Shown here: piece after piece, positions 1-9,152 of the stretch | Layout: each line of letters begins with the position of its first letter | Position numbering within the stretch: the stretch's first letter is position 1 | The notes under the pieces: generated by a model | The model's database searches: none | What the model was told of the DNA's origin: nothing | What the model saw: the letters and a program-made list of their open reading frames with translations, nothing else | Origin: an archaeon 13_2_20CM_2_53_6 | GTDB lineage: Archaea > Thermoproteota > Bathyarchaeia > 40CM-2-53-6 | DNA: 62,792 bases | Assembly (NCBI GenBank): GCA_001915065.1 | Contig: MNDT01000010.1 | Location: 1 to 62,792 of the forward strand | Direction: 5' to 3' | Made by a program: the position numbers and the translations under genes

Positions 1-1289
1 AACTGTGTCTGGCCTGTTTTTGTCAGCTGGAATCGTTCCGCGTTCATCTCGTTTATCAACTCGGGATCGTATGCGATGTGGAGCCGTCCTTCTTCCATCA
101 GATGTCTGAGGTAGAATAGGACGTTCTCTTTCTCTGGGACCGTTAGCGTCGTGCCGACCGCGAGCTTGACCCCTGCCTTGGCGGCTTCTTCTACAAAGTA
201 TTCTCCGACTCCCGTCTGGTCGATGTTGGTCTTCTTGACTGTCTGGAGTCTCTGGCCTAGTCTGTTTAGGTAGCCCATGACGTGGGAGTAGTCTGATCCC
301 AGCTTGAACTGTTTCATATGGATCAGATTGACGTATCCGTCCTTCTTCTCGACGACCGCGACAGCCGAATGGTCCTGTTTCTTTCCGAGGTCACACCCAA
401 CATAGTAGCTTCCCGTTGGTGGTATCTCTCCCGTTAGGGCGATCGACTCATCATAGGTCTTCAGCTCGTATGAGACGCATGATGTCAGAAGGCTTAGCGG
501 GAAGAATGCTTCCTCGTCTTCGGCAAATTCTGCCTCCATTTCTCTCTGCCAGCGCCAGGGATCCTCTTTCATCTGGATTCGGAGGCTCTGGACCATCTTC
601 TCTTTGAGGGGTCCGTTGGGCTCAAGGGCGTCTCTATAACTCACGTGGTGGCGGGAAAACTCCGCAAAGAGATCGTTGTCTGTGCACATCTCGTAGAAGA
701 GAGTGTCCCTTGAGCCTGGGGTACTCAACGCCAAGAAACGTCCGTTGGTCGTTGTGAGCGCGTATATGGTCGCATCGTAGAGTTCTCTGTCGTACCTGAC
801 GAATGCTGCTTCGTCGAGGATGATCAGATCGCAGGTCTCTCCCCTTATCGTCTCGGGACTGTTCGGTAGCGCCTCGATGCTGGAGCCGTTAACAAACTCC
901 AGTCTGGTCTTGAGTCGTCGCCCGGCGAGGATGTGAGAGCGATTCTTTGGGATGAACGATCCGATCCGGTGAATCAGTTTCTTGCTCTGCCGCAGGCTAG
1001 GGGCTAGGATGAGGACCCGTTTCGCTCCTTCGTGGAGTGCGCAGTAGAGGCTTAGCGCCGCGATCGTGGTTGACTTGCCCGTCTGCCGAGCCCATCTTGC
1101 GACGACGAATCTGCTTGTGTCGAGTAGAATTTTCTCCTGATACTGGGTCGGAACGAGTTTCAGCCACGCCTTGCAGAAGTCTATGATGCCTCCACTGATG
1201 AGGGGCTTGCCTCTCACGCCGTCCTCTTCGAGTTCTCTCTCGACATTTGCCAATTCTCGTTGTATCTTCGTGTGGACCGAGGAGCTCAT
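1..1289 (-). CDS. Terminase large subunit (TerL-like); C-terminus truncated by the left window edge
   Basis: Absent from the ORF track because the frame runs off the edge. Minus-strand ATG at 1289..1287, then an open frame to nt 1 (MSSSVHTKIQRELANVE...). Walker A-like ARQTGKST, Walker B-like CDLIILDEAAF, then an RNaseH-like nuclease start YYVGCDLGKKQDHSAVAVVEK. This is the typical TerL ATPase+nuclease order. Confidence 0.75.
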   Translation of the reverse strand, partial: MSSSVHTKIQRELANVERELEEDGVRGKPLISGGIIDFCKAWLKLVPTQYQEKILLDTSRFVVARWARQTGKSTTIAALSLYCALHEGAKRVLILAPSLRQSKKLIHRIGSFIPKNRSHILAGRRLKTRLEFVNGSSIEALPNSPETIRGETCDLIILDEAAFVRYDRELYDATIYALTTTNGRFLALSTPGSRDTLFYEMCTDNDLFAEFSRHHVSYRDALEPNGPLKEKMVQSLRIQMKEDPWRWQREMEAEFAEDEEAFFPLSLLTSCVSYELKTYDESIALTGEIPPTGSYYVGCDLGKKQDHSAVAVVEKKDGYVNLIHMKQFKLGSDYSHVMGYLNRLGQRLQTVKKTNIDQTGVGEYFVEEAAKAGVKLAVGTTLTVPEKENVLFYLRHLMEEGRLHIAYDPELINEMNAERFQLTKTGQTQ

Positions 1290-1535
1290 CTAGGCTTGGG
1301 ACCCTTCTCGCGGCTGAGGATCGGTCTTGTTTTCGCTGGTCGTTCCTGAAAGGCCGGTCGTTGCGCCGGCCCTCTTCCGGTACTCTTCTATCACGCGGAG
1401 GCGTTTCTCCCAGTCTCTCTCCTCTCTCTCCTTGAGCACCTGACTTAGCGTGCGAGCTGCTTCAGTGTAGCTCTTGAGCCAGCCCTGGCGTGATTTCAGG
1501 TCAATCCTCTCGTCCCTCATCATCCTGTACGCCAT
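1290..1535 (-). CDS. Small charged helical protein directly upstream of TerL (possible packaging partner/small terminase); function unknown
   Basis: 81-aa track ORF. Its TAG stop (1292..1290) abuts the TerL ATG (1289..1287). Lys/Arg/Glu-rich sequence with no recognisable motif. Confidence 0.3.
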   Translation of the reverse strand: MAYRMMRDERIDLKSRQGWLKSYTEAARTLSQVLKEREERDWEKRLRVIEEYRKRAGATTGLSGTTSENKTDPQPREGSQA

Positions 1536-2087
1536 GTTGGCCGATGTCTGGAGTTGCCGGATTGTCTTGTCTCGGAGCTTCTCCTCGTCGATCTCCCTAG
1601 TCTTTCCCAGCGCGGATCTTATCCTCTTCTAGAGTTCTCGGGATCTTTCCGGAAGAATCAACAAGATCTCTGTTAGTGCGTCTCGTCTGATCTTCATCCA
1701 AGGTCTTCAGGTAGAGGCGTATGGATCGGATCGCGGTACCGCCCAGCAGCCGCATCTCTTTCGGGTCCATGAGCCGGTTCTAAGAACCCTCTTGCAGATT
1801 GTCGAGGATGATGCTAGTCAACCGGCGGAGATCGGCCAACGCCTCCTTCCGCTCCGAATCGCTATCCGAAACTTTCAACCCGTCTCCACGCTCCACCAGG
1901 GCCCTCTGCGAACACGATGGTCCCGTCCCGTAGTCCCAGAATCATCATCAGAACCTCGCCGGATTCCGCTTTTCTAGACTACCAACGTCCCATGAACCAA
2001 GGGACCCGACCTCTCTGCCTGCAACTCGAATAAAGGGGTCCTTAACCGAGACAAAATCACTCGCGGGTCATGTGGATAGAATAATTA

Positions 2088-2180
2088 TTTTCACCCGCCT
2101 CCCTCCAAAAAATCGTAACAGTCAAAACCGGAACCGGAAAAAAACGGCGCGCAGAAAAACCAAGAATTCTTAATTTCAAA
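2088..2180. repeat. Left copy of a ~95-nt imperfect inverted repeat (partner at 28852..28946)
   Basis: The reverse complement of 2088..2180 (tttgaaattaagaattcttggtttttctgcgcgccgtttttttccggttccggttttgactgttacgattttttggagggaggcgggtgaaaa) aligns with 28852..28946 at roughly four of five positions by eye. Confidence 0.7.
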
Positions 2181-2237
2181 AAGAGAACCGGGAGACACGG
2201 CGCGCGGCCTACGGGACCCGCGCCACGGGACCCGTCC

Positions 2238-2570
2238 TCACATGTACTTTTTCAGCGTCTCTTCGATCCGCGCCTTCGGAACAGCCCCGACGATCTGGTC
2301 AACCTGCTTCCCATTCTTGAACACTAGCAAGGTCGGAATAGCCATGATATCAAACCGGCCAGACGTCGCCGGGTTCTCGTCCGTGTTCAACTTCCCGAAC
2401 GCCACCTTGCCGCTATACTCTTTGGCGAGCCCGTCGATGATCGGCGAGACCAGACGGCAGGGCCCACACCACGGAGCCCAACAGTCAACTAGGATCAAGG
2501 GATACTTCGAGATGAACGAGTCGAAGCTGGAATCATCAACCTTCACGGGCGAATCGGGCGAACCAGTCAT
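2238..2570 (-). CDS. trxA: Thioredoxin
   Basis: 110 aa with the WAPWCGPCR active-site motif and thioredoxin-fold length. Confidence 0.9.
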   Translation of the reverse strand: MTGSPDSPVKVDDSSFDSFISKYPLILVDCWAPWCGPCRLVSPIIDGLAKEYSGKVAFGKLNTDENPATSGRFDIMAIPTLLVFKNGKQVDQIVGAVPKARIEETLKKYM

Positions 2571-2636
2571 AACAGCCTAGCCGTCCAAGCCATAATATAA
2601 TCCTAACACGGAAAACGCCCCACTATCGATAGAATC

Positions 2637-2819
2637 CTATTCGGCCTTCCCCGCCGCCTCGCTACCACTGGCCCCGGATCCGTGGCAGTGTGGGCAGTAG
2701 ACGCTCTCCGGCGGCTTCCCAGCAATAACATCCTTCGACCACCGGCCAGCCCCGGCGCAGTAAGCGCACTTCTGACCATCCGCAACACCAGTCGGTGGAG
2801 TCGCTGAAGCAGTTGACAT
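2637..2819 (-). CDS. Small DnaJ-type zinc-finger-like protein (CxxCxGxG x2)
   Basis: Internal ATG at 2819 avoids overlap with the upstream ORF. Motifs CAYCAGAG and CPHCHGSG. Confidence 0.4.
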   Translation of the reverse strand: MSTASATPPTGVADGQKCAYCAGAGRWSKDVIAGKPPESVYCPHCHGSGASGSEAAGKAE

Positions 2820-2824
2820 TTCTT

Positions 2825-3076
2825 CTAGTCGATATCCGGCTTCCCGGTCAGCTCGACCTGTCTCTTCCCCTTCATCAACCGCGTGACCCACAAGACGCCA
2901 GCCATCTCCAGCCGCATCAAGTTCGTATTCAACTCGCGGAAGCTGACCTCGCCAAAGTTCGACCTCAGCTCCTTCTGAAGATCAATATCAGTCATCGAAC
3001 CTTTCCTCTCCAACACCTCTACGATCGAGAGGGATATGGGCCTGGGACTCCAGACCTTGCTCAATGCCAGAGTCAC
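2825..3076 (-). CDS. Small winged-helix-like DNA-binding protein (hypothetical)
   Basis: 83-aa track ORF between cdc48 and the Zn-finger ORF, same strand. Helix-rich segment IVEVLERKGSMTDIDLQKELR...LMRLEMAGVLWV. Confidence 0.4.
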   Translation of the reverse strand: MTLALSKVWSPRPISLSIVEVLERKGSMTDIDLQKELRSNFGEVSFRELNTNLMRLEMAGVLWVTRLMKGKRQVELTGKPDID

Positions 3077-3099
3077 CAGGACGAGCCTTTCCCCAGCAT

Positions 3100-5271
3100 C
3101 TACGTGATCGGCACGGGAGCCCGTTCCTTCTTGAACCGTTTCGTGAACGACTGATACCAGTTCTCCATGTCAGGCGTCACAGACGGCTTGACTCTCTCCA
3201 GACCATCCCGGAAATCCTCGATCGTAACACTCTTCGTATCCATATCCCGCCTCAGCGAGATCAAGCCCGCCTCCCGGCAGACCGCTTCAAGATCAGCGCC
3301 CGAGTAGCCGGCGGCCTGGCTAGAGATCTGCTCCAGATCAACATCCCGCGCCAACGGCATGTTCCTCGTATGAATCTTTAGAATATTCAGCCGCGTCAAA
3401 TGGTCCGGAGCCGGCACATAGATCAGCCGGTCAAACCGTCCCGGACGAAGAACCGCCGGATCAATAATGTCAGGCCGGTTCGTAGCACCAATAACGACAA
3501 CATTGACCAGAGACTCTATCCCGTCCAGCTCCGTCAACAACTGGCTAATCACCCGCTCCGAGACGCCGCTATCGCCAAAACCCATGCCCCTCCTCGGAAC
3601 CACAGAGTCGAGCTCGTCGAAGAAGACGATAGAAGGAGCAGCAGTCCGCCCCTTACGGAACACCTCCCGGATAGCCTTCTCAGACTCGCCCACCCACTTG
3701 CTGAACAGCTCCGGTCCCTTGATCGAGATGAAGTTCGCCTCGCTCTCCGTCGCCACCGCCCGCGCCAGCATCGTCTTCCCACAACCCGGAGGCCCGAACA
3801 ATAGAATACCCTTCGGCGGCCTAATACCCACCCGGGTGAACGCCTCAGGCTTCTTCAGAGGCCACTCAACAGCCTCCTGAAGCTCCTGTTTAACATCAGT
3901 AAGCCCCCCAACGTCCGCCCACGTCACCGACGGCACCTCGATGTAGACCTCCCTCATCGCGGTCGGCGTGATCTCCCGATACGCGTCCGTGAAATCCTTA
4001 ACGTTGACCTCCATCTTCTCCAAGATGCTACTGGGAATCCGTTCTTCCTCGAGATTGATCTCTGGAAGATACCGTCGCAGCGCTTTCATCGCAGCCTCAC
4101 GACAGAGCGAAGAAATGTCCGCCCCCGTGTAGCCGTGGCAAATATCCGACAACCGGTGAAGATCCACATCCGAAGCCAGTGGCATGGTTCTCGTGTGAAT
4201 CTGTAGAATCTCGTATCTTCCCATTTTGTCCGGGACCCCGATCTCGATCTCCCGGTCGAATCGTCCCGGCCTCCTCAGAGCAGGATCAATCGCGTTCGGC
4301 CGGTTCGTAGCACCAATCACAATGATATTGCCCCGCGCTCCCATTCCATCCATCAAAGACAAGAGCTGGGCGACGACACGCCGCTCAACCTCTCCAGTCA
4401 CCTCTTCCCTCTTCGGCGCTATCGCGTCCATCTCGTCGATGAATATGATGCTCGGAGCAGTCTCCTGGGCCTTCTGGAAGATCTCGCGGAGCCTAGCCTC
4501 GGACTCGCCGTAGAACTTCGACATGATCTCTGGACCAGAGATGACGTAGAAGTTCGCGTCCGACTCGTTAGCCACCGCCTTTGCAAGCAACGTTTTCCCG
4601 CATCCAGGCGGACCGTAGAGGAAGACTCCCTTCGGAGGCTCTATGCCCAGCCTCTGGAAGAGTTCCGGATGGCGTAGTGGTAGCTCGACCATCTCGCGGA
4701 TTCTCTGGATCTCGCCGTGAAGCCCTCCGATGTCCTCATAGGTGACGATCGGTATGCCTTTCTTCTCGGGCGTCGGCTCGCTCATCACCTGGACTACAGT
4801 CGACTCGGTGATCTTGACGGGCCCGTGCGGACGGGTCCTTGTCGCTATGAGCGGGACCGCACTCCCGAATATGCTGAGGAGGGTCATGTCTCCCTCCATA
4901 AACGGCATGTCCATGAACCGGCGCTTGACGAAGCCCACGAACTCCTCGTCAACACTCAGCCGGACATCGGTAGGAGCAAAGACAATAGTCTGAGCGTCCT
5001 TGACCTCCGCCTTCTTGATCGTGATATACTCGTTAAGCGCGACGCCCGCGTTTCTACGCAGAAGCCCGTCCATCCGGACAATCTCCTGTCCCTGGTCCTC
5101 GGCATACGCAGGCCACGCGATCGCAACAGTCGTCCGTTTACCGTGAACCTCGATAAAGTCCCCTGCCGTTATGGCAAGCTTCTGCATCGTCTCGTTGTCA
5201 ATGCGGACCTTGCCATGACCCACGTCCCGCTGCTTAGCATCAGCTACCCTCAGCTGTACTTCCTTTGACAT
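3100..5271 (-). CDS. cdc48: CDC48/VCP-like AAA+ ATPase (two ATPase domains)
   Basis: 723 aa. N-domain followed by two Walker A motifs GPPGCGKT and two Walker B motifs ([16 protein letters not shown]). Confidence 0.95.
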   Translation of the reverse strand: MSKEVQLRVADAKQRDVGHGKVRIDNETMQKLAITAGDFIEVHGKRTTVAIAWPAYAEDQGQEIVRMDGLLRRNAGVALNEYITIKKAEVKDAQTIVFAPTDVRLSVDEEFVGFVKRRFMDMPFMEGDMTLLSIFGSAVPLIATRTRPHGPVKITESTVVQVMSEPTPEKKGIPIVTYEDIGGLHGEIQRIREMVELPLRHPELFQRLGIEPPKGVFLYGPPGCGKTLLAKAVANESDANFYVISGPEIMSKFYGESEARLREIFQKAQETAPSIIFIDEMDAIAPKREEVTGEVERRVVAQLLSLMDGMGARGNIIVIGATNRPNAIDPALRRPGRFDREIEIGVPDKMGRYEILQIHTRTMPLASDVDLHRLSDICHGYTGADISSLCREAAMKALRRYLPEINLEEERIPSSILEKMEVNVKDFTDAYREITPTAMREVYIEVPSVTWADVGGLTDVKQELQEAVEWPLKKPEAFTRVGIRPPKGILLFGPPGCGKTMLARAVATESEANFISIKGPELFSKWVGESEKAIREVFRKGRTAAPSIVFFDELDSVVPRRGMGFGDSGVSERVISQLLTELDGIESLVNVVVIGATNRPDIIDPAVLRPGRFDRLIYVPAPDHLTRLNILKIHTRNMPLARDVDLEQISSQAAGYSGADLEAVCREAGLISLRRDMDTKSVTIEDFRDGLERVKPSVTPDMENWYQSFTKRFKKERAPVPIT

Positions 5272-5373
5272 CGCTATTCTCCCAACTCCATGACGGTGAT
5301 CGCGAACACGTCCGAGACGAGGACTCGACCCCTCGTGACTCCCAAAACGCCCCTATTCCTAACGTTCAACTGG

Positions 5374-5811
5374 TTATTGCCCCTCAAAAGACTTATCGTC
5401 ATCATTAATGGAATCCGTCTCCCTGATTAGCCTCCGGGTCCCCAGAGACAGCAATAGAAAGCTGCCCAGTCCGAGCGGAGAGAGACTATACCCCCTGCCC
5501 TCTTTCACTATCAGCTCTCTTCGCGAGGACCTGTTTACCAGATCTGAGATATACTTAGGATTCACCGCGACCTTCAGAAGGTCCGTAAATGATGCGGAAT
5601 TGTTACAGTTCTTGACCATGTGGCTGAGAATCTGGACCCGTCGTTTATTCGAGAAAAAGTCGCATATGTCGCACAAAGCGTCCAAGTCTGCCTCTGAATC
5701 ATCCAACTCCCTCGTTATGAGCTGTTTAGTCGCAGGGTTCCACGCTACCTCCGACAAGGGCAGGTCTAGTAGAACCTCCTCATCGTTCTGGAGCGTTAGT
5801 CTAAGACCCAT
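5374..5811 (-). CDS. Hypothetical protein with an ArsR-like wHTH segment
   Basis: 145-aa track ORF. Segment KRRVQILSHMVKN...FTDLLKVAV...LIVKEGRGYSLSPLG resembles a winged helix. Confidence 0.35.
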   Translation of the reverse strand: MGLRLTLQNDEEVLLDLPLSEVAWNPATKQLITRELDDSEADLDALCDICDFFSNKRRVQILSHMVKNCNNSASFTDLLKVAVNPKYISDLVNRSSRRELIVKEGRGYSLSPLGLGSFLLLSLGTRRLIRETDSINDDDKSFEGQ

Positions 5812-5882
5812 CTCTAACTCAAAACGTAAGAGAATCTCTGGTTATTTAGAGTTCCTGTCACTTAATTACCGAAAGTTAAGTA

Positions 5883-6161
5883 TTAGGCAATCCTGCGCGA
5901 GACAATGACCTGGAACTCGCTAATGCCATCGGTCTGCTTCAACAGCTCCTCAACCTCGTCCATCCTTCCTTGAGCCTCCTCTGGGACCAGAACGTGGGCG
6001 ATGAGAGCGACTAGTCCGAAGGCGACCGGCTCCTCCTCATACTTGTATATCGCGGCCTTTCCCTCCAACGTCTTTCGAATCTTCTCCTTCAAAACCGACA
6101 TGTCCGCATGCGCATCTGAGGGGAATATCTTGATCGTGACCAGTACTTGCGTCATCGTCAT
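5883..6161 (-). CDS. Translation elongation factor aEF-1 beta
   Basis: 92 aa. The pattern VLVTIKIFPSD...EEPVAFGLVALIAHVLVPEE...ISEFQV and the length match archaeal EF-1beta. Confidence 0.85.
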   Translation of the reverse strand: MTMTQVLVTIKIFPSDAHADMSVLKEKIRKTLEGKAAIYKYEEEPVAFGLVALIAHVLVPEEAQGRMDEVEELLKQTDGISEFQVIVSRRIA

Positions 6162-6353
6162 CTATGGTCCAGTAAACCCGCACTTTGGACACTTGTACGG
6201 TCGGCCGAATCCACGGCACTTTTCGCAGCGCCAGATCGTGACCTCGCCGCACTGGGGGCACGGAAAATGGACAGCCCCTTCGCGTGGCAGTATCATGCGT
6301 CCGCACCAGTTGCACGAGGGCATTCGAACTGTACGGACTTCTGCCATCATCAC
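6162..6353 (-). CDS. Four-CxxC zinc-ribbon protein (the small Zn-finger family usually found next to aEF-1beta)
   Basis: 63 aa with CNWC, CPQC, CEKC and CPKC. Directly upstream of and abutting the EF-1beta gene. Confidence 0.7.
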   Translation of the reverse strand: MMMAEVRTVRMPSCNWCGRMILPREGAVHFPCPQCGEVTIWRCEKCRGFGRPYKCPKCGFTGP

Positions 6354-6375
6354 GACCGCGGTCCGGCATCGAACC

Positions 6376-7356
6376 TCATCGGGATAATATGTCTTCGTCC
6401 AGACGGCATTCCTCCGGCTTCTTGTCGGGTCTGAGTCGCTCGAATCTTGGAAACCTCAGTTTCTTGTCTCGTGTGAAATTGGAGTACAGGATCTCACAAA
6501 CCAGGCGGGGTTTGCACCAGAGAATCGGCGATGGAGCTTCGACTGTTCCTTTAATGATCGGGGATTTTGCAATTATCCTGTCCAGTCTTGACCTTAACGA
6601 CTCTAGTGTCTTGTTGTCGAATCCCCCGCCAACGTTGCCAACGTGGGTGAGATTTCCCTTTTCGTTGAACATTGCCATGACTAGCGAGCCAAAGGTTGAG
6701 GCTCGTGCACCCTCACCGATCGTGTACCCCACAATGATCGCATCTATGGTTTGAGAGCCTTTGATCTTAATCCAAGAGCTCGTCCGGGTCCCTGGCAGAT
6801 ACGGTGAGAGTCTCTCTTTGGCGATGACTCCCTCGAAGCCCAGCTTCAATACCCCAGAGTAGAATTTTGAGCCTTCACCTTCGACATGATCTCCGTATGC
6901 GAGGTGGGGCCCTTCGACGAGTATCTCGCGCAAAATCTTCTTTCTTTCTTCCAAAGGATTCCCAACAGTGTCTTTCCCATTTAGATGGAGAAGGTCAAAC
7001 GCGACGTACGTGGCGGGATTCGTGCCCCGGACCAGATCCACTGTCCTCGGATCGTTGTGTCCGAATCTGGTCTGCATCCTTCCGAAGTCCGGAATCCCCC
7101 TTTCGGTTAGCACGACAACTTCTCCGTCAACGACCGCTTTTCGGGCCTTGATCTTTGCCGCTACGCCACGGATTTCTGGGTAGGAGGCGGTGACGTCTCG
7201 AAGATTCCTGTTCTGAAGTCCGAGCTTTCCTTGTTCTAAAAATAGAAGCGCTCTGAGACCGTCCCACTTCACCTCGAAAAAATAATCCTTAGAATCGAAA
7301 GACTCTCCAGTCTTCGCCATCATCGGCTTTATCGGACGCTCTTGGAAGAGCGTCAT
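6376..7356 (-). CDS. ligD: ATP-dependent DNA ligase, LigD-ligase-domain type (NHEJ ligase)
   Basis: 326 aa. Adenylation motif FEVKWDGLR, then EGVIAKE and WIKIK motifs. Its ATG overlaps the Ku stop codon (ATGA at 7356..7353). Confidence 0.85.
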   Translation of the reverse strand: MTLFQERPIKPMMAKTGESFDSKDYFFEVKWDGLRALLFLEQGKLGLQNRNLRDVTASYPEIRGVAAKIKARKAVVDGEVVVLTERGIPDFGRMQTRFGHNDPRTVDLVRGTNPATYVAFDLLHLNGKDTVGNPLEERKKILREILVEGPHLAYGDHVEGEGSKFYSGVLKLGFEGVIAKERLSPYLPGTRTSSWIKIKGSQTIDAIIVGYTIGEGARASTFGSLVMAMFNEKGNLTHVGNVGGGFDNKTLESLRSRLDRIIAKSPIIKGTVEAPSPILWCKPRLVCEILYSNFTRDKKLRFPRFERLRPDKKPEECRLDEDILSR

Positions 7357-8135
7357 CGTTTCTCTTGTGCTTTGATGCTCGCCTTGAGAGCTTCCATCAG
7401 ATTCTTGGTCGGCTTTATCTCGGGAACTCGCAGCTCGATGACCTCTTCTCTGCCCTTCATCTTCGCTTCGACCAGTTTCATCAGATTCTCCTGGTACCTG
7501 TCCCTATACTCTTTGAAGTTGAAGGGTTTCTTCATTATCTTGATGAGCTGTCCTGCGAGTTCGAGCTCCTCCTTCTCAACCTCTGGTGGCTTCTTCAGCT
7601 CGGGAAAGTCTCTCGGGGTTCGGACCTCGTCGGTGTAGTGGAGTGTTGTCATGAGAATTGCGCCGTCGTAGGGTCTCAGCGCGACGAGGTGTTCCTTCTC
7701 ATGCATGACGACTCGGCCGACCGCGACCTTGTTGTTCTGTTCTAGCGCGCCCAGCATAAGATAGTAGGGCTTGTCGCCGTGCTCGTCTGGGACGAGATAG
7801 TAGCTGTTGTCATAGTAGACCGCGTCGACTTTCTCAGCGTCTACGAACTGAAAGACCTCGACCATCCGTCCAGACTTTAGCTCTATCGACTCGAGCTCTT
7901 TCGGCGTGATGGGAATGTATTTTCCTTTCTGGACTTCGTAGCCTTTTATGACCTCCTCCCATGGCACCTCCCGGCCCTCCTTGGGGCAGATTCGTTTGAA
8001 CTGCAGCGGGCTCTTGTCCCTTGGACACATTAGTCGTAGCCCGGTCTTGTGTTCTGAGATGGCCCCGTAGCTCTTGACGGGTATGCTGACCAGGCCGAAG
8101 CTTATCGCGCCTTTCCATATTGGCCGAGGGGGCAG
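7353..8135 (-). CDS. ku: Ku DNA-end-binding protein; start codon uncertain
   Basis: The track ORF (7353..8030) lacks the conserved Ku N-terminus. That segment is encoded in-frame upstream (8120..8031: IWKGAISFGLVSIPVKSYGAISEHKTGLRL) with no ATG/GTG/TTG. Candidate starts are CTG 8135..8133 or ATA 8120..8118. In-frame stop at 8156..8154. Core motif SYYLVPDEHGDKPYYLM. Confidence 0.85.
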   Translation of the reverse strand: MPPRPIWKGAISFGLVSIPVKSYGAISEHKTGLRLMCPRDKSPLQFKRICPKEGREVPWEEVIKGYEVQKGKYIPITPKELESIELKSGRMVEVFQFVDAEKVDAVYYDNSYYLVPDEHGDKPYYLMLGALEQNNKVAVGRVVMHEKEHLVALRPYDGAILMTTLHYTDEVRTPRDFPELKKPPEVEKEELELAGQLIKIMKKPFNFKEYRDRYQENLMKLVEAKMKGREEVIELRVPEIKPTKNLMEALKASIKAQEKR

Positions 8136-8229
8136 ATTCTCACTCTCCTGTCTCTAGCCGAGAACATTCTTTTTCTAGCCAACTCGGATATGAGCATTAC
8201 TAGCTCCGGTCAACTGGGAAGAACTCTCG

Positions 8230-9144
8230 TTGAAGAGGATAACTGACATTGTGGAAGTCGGTGGGCGGAAGATTACTCTCTCCAATCTCGACAAGCTGTT
8301 GTGGAGGCGCGAGAAGATCTCCAAGGCGGACGTCATTCAGTACTACGCTGCCGTCGCGTCGAGGATGGTTCCCCTTGTCAAGAATCGGCCCTTGATGCTG
8401 AACCGTTTTCCCCACGGGGTTCCCGGAAAATCGTTTGTCCAGAAAGACTGGCCCAACCATCCGAGCTGGGTTAGCATCGCCCAGGTCCGGTCTCACAGCC
8501 TAAACAAGTCCGTCCGACACGTCGTCTGCAACGACGAGGCTACTCTGATCTGGCTCGCCGATATGGCTTGTTTGGAGATCAACCAGTTCCTCTCTACGGT
8601 TCCGAGGACGGACTGGCATGATGTGGCGCTGGTTGACCTGGACCCGTACCCGCCCGCCAGCTTCGAGGACGCCACGGAGATTGCCGAAGCGGTTCATTCA
8701 GCGTTGGTAGAGATGAAGCTACGGCATCTGATCAAGACTTCTGGTGCTGACGGCTTCCATTTCTTGATCCCGATCGTTCCAAAGTATCCGATTGAGACAA
8801 TCCGCAAGTTTGTCCTGATGCTGGGAGTGCTGATGGAGGATTTAGCTCCGAGAAAGGTTTCGACTTCGAGGAACCGAGCTGATCGGATCGGGAAGGTCTA
8901 TGTTGACTTTTTCCAGAACGGTCTGCAGAAGACTGTCGCGGCGCCGTTTACGCTTCGACCGCTACCAGGGGCGCCAGTATCCTTCCCGATAGATCCGAAA
9001 AGGCTCAATACTCGTTTCAAGGCGGAAGAGTTCAATCTGTTCACGGTGCCGGAAGTCTTGAAGAAGGGTGGCGTTTCCGAGTTTGATATTTCTCCCGATC
9101 AGACGCTGGATGGGGCGTTCCGTGAGCTCGGTGTGGAGTTGTAG
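8230..9144 (+). CDS. NHEJ primase-polymerase (LigD PolDom-like, archaeo-eukaryotic primase fold)
   Basis: 304 aa. ITLSNLDKLLW...YYAAVA N-terminus, then AEP motifs LVDLDP, SGADGFHFLIP and VYVDFFQNG...AAPFTLRP. Divergent from ku. Confidence 0.85.
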   Translation: MKRITDIVEVGGRKITLSNLDKLLWRREKISKADVIQYYAAVASRMVPLVKNRPLMLNRFPHGVPGKSFVQKDWPNHPSWVSIAQVRSHSLNKSVRHVVCNDEATLIWLADMACLEINQFLSTVPRTDWHDVALVDLDPYPPASFEDATEIAEAVHSALVEMKLRHLIKTSGADGFHFLIPIVPKYPIETIRKFVLMLGVLMEDLAPRKVSTSRNRADRIGKVYVDFFQNGLQKTVAAPFTLRPLPGAPVSFPIDPKRLNTRFKAEEFNLFTVPEVLKKGGVSEFDISPDQTLDGAFRELGVEL

Positions 9145-9152
9145 GATGGTTT

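Larger units (their letters stand above)
1..1800. mobile_element. Edge of a head-tailed virus-like (provirus or remnant) region
   Basis: TerL plus tightly coupled small minus-strand ORFs (1290..1535, and a 57-codon ORF at 1597..1770), followed by about 440 nt of non-coding DNA before thioredoxin. The extent to the left is unknown. Confidence 0.4.

Noticed and set aside
2001-2234. GGGACCCG motif occurring three times (2001, 2213, 2227), the last two as ACGGGACCCG separated by 4 nt just 3' of trxA.
   Set aside because: The motif is short and GC-rich with only three copies. I cannot distinguish it from chance or a trivial terminator-proximal repeat without genome-wide counts.
2242-2580. 112-aa plus-strand ORF covering the thioredoxin locus.
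   Set aside because: It is the exact antisense of the trxA ORF, which carries the WCGPC motif. It has no motif of its own.
3064-5268. Numerous plus-strand and alternative-frame ORFs inside the cdc48 gene (for example 3064..3381, 3400..3804, 3467..3880, 4226..4513, 4717..5268).
   Set aside because: They are antisense or off-frame shadows of a 723-aa gene with unambiguous AAA+ motifs. Their translations are low-complexity and Arg/Ser/Pro-rich.
6376-9144. Search for a LigD phosphoesterase (PE) domain ORF near the NHEJ genes.
   Set aside because: No ORF in the window shows the His/Asp/Arg-rich PE pattern. Its absence is reported as an observation, not as a feature.
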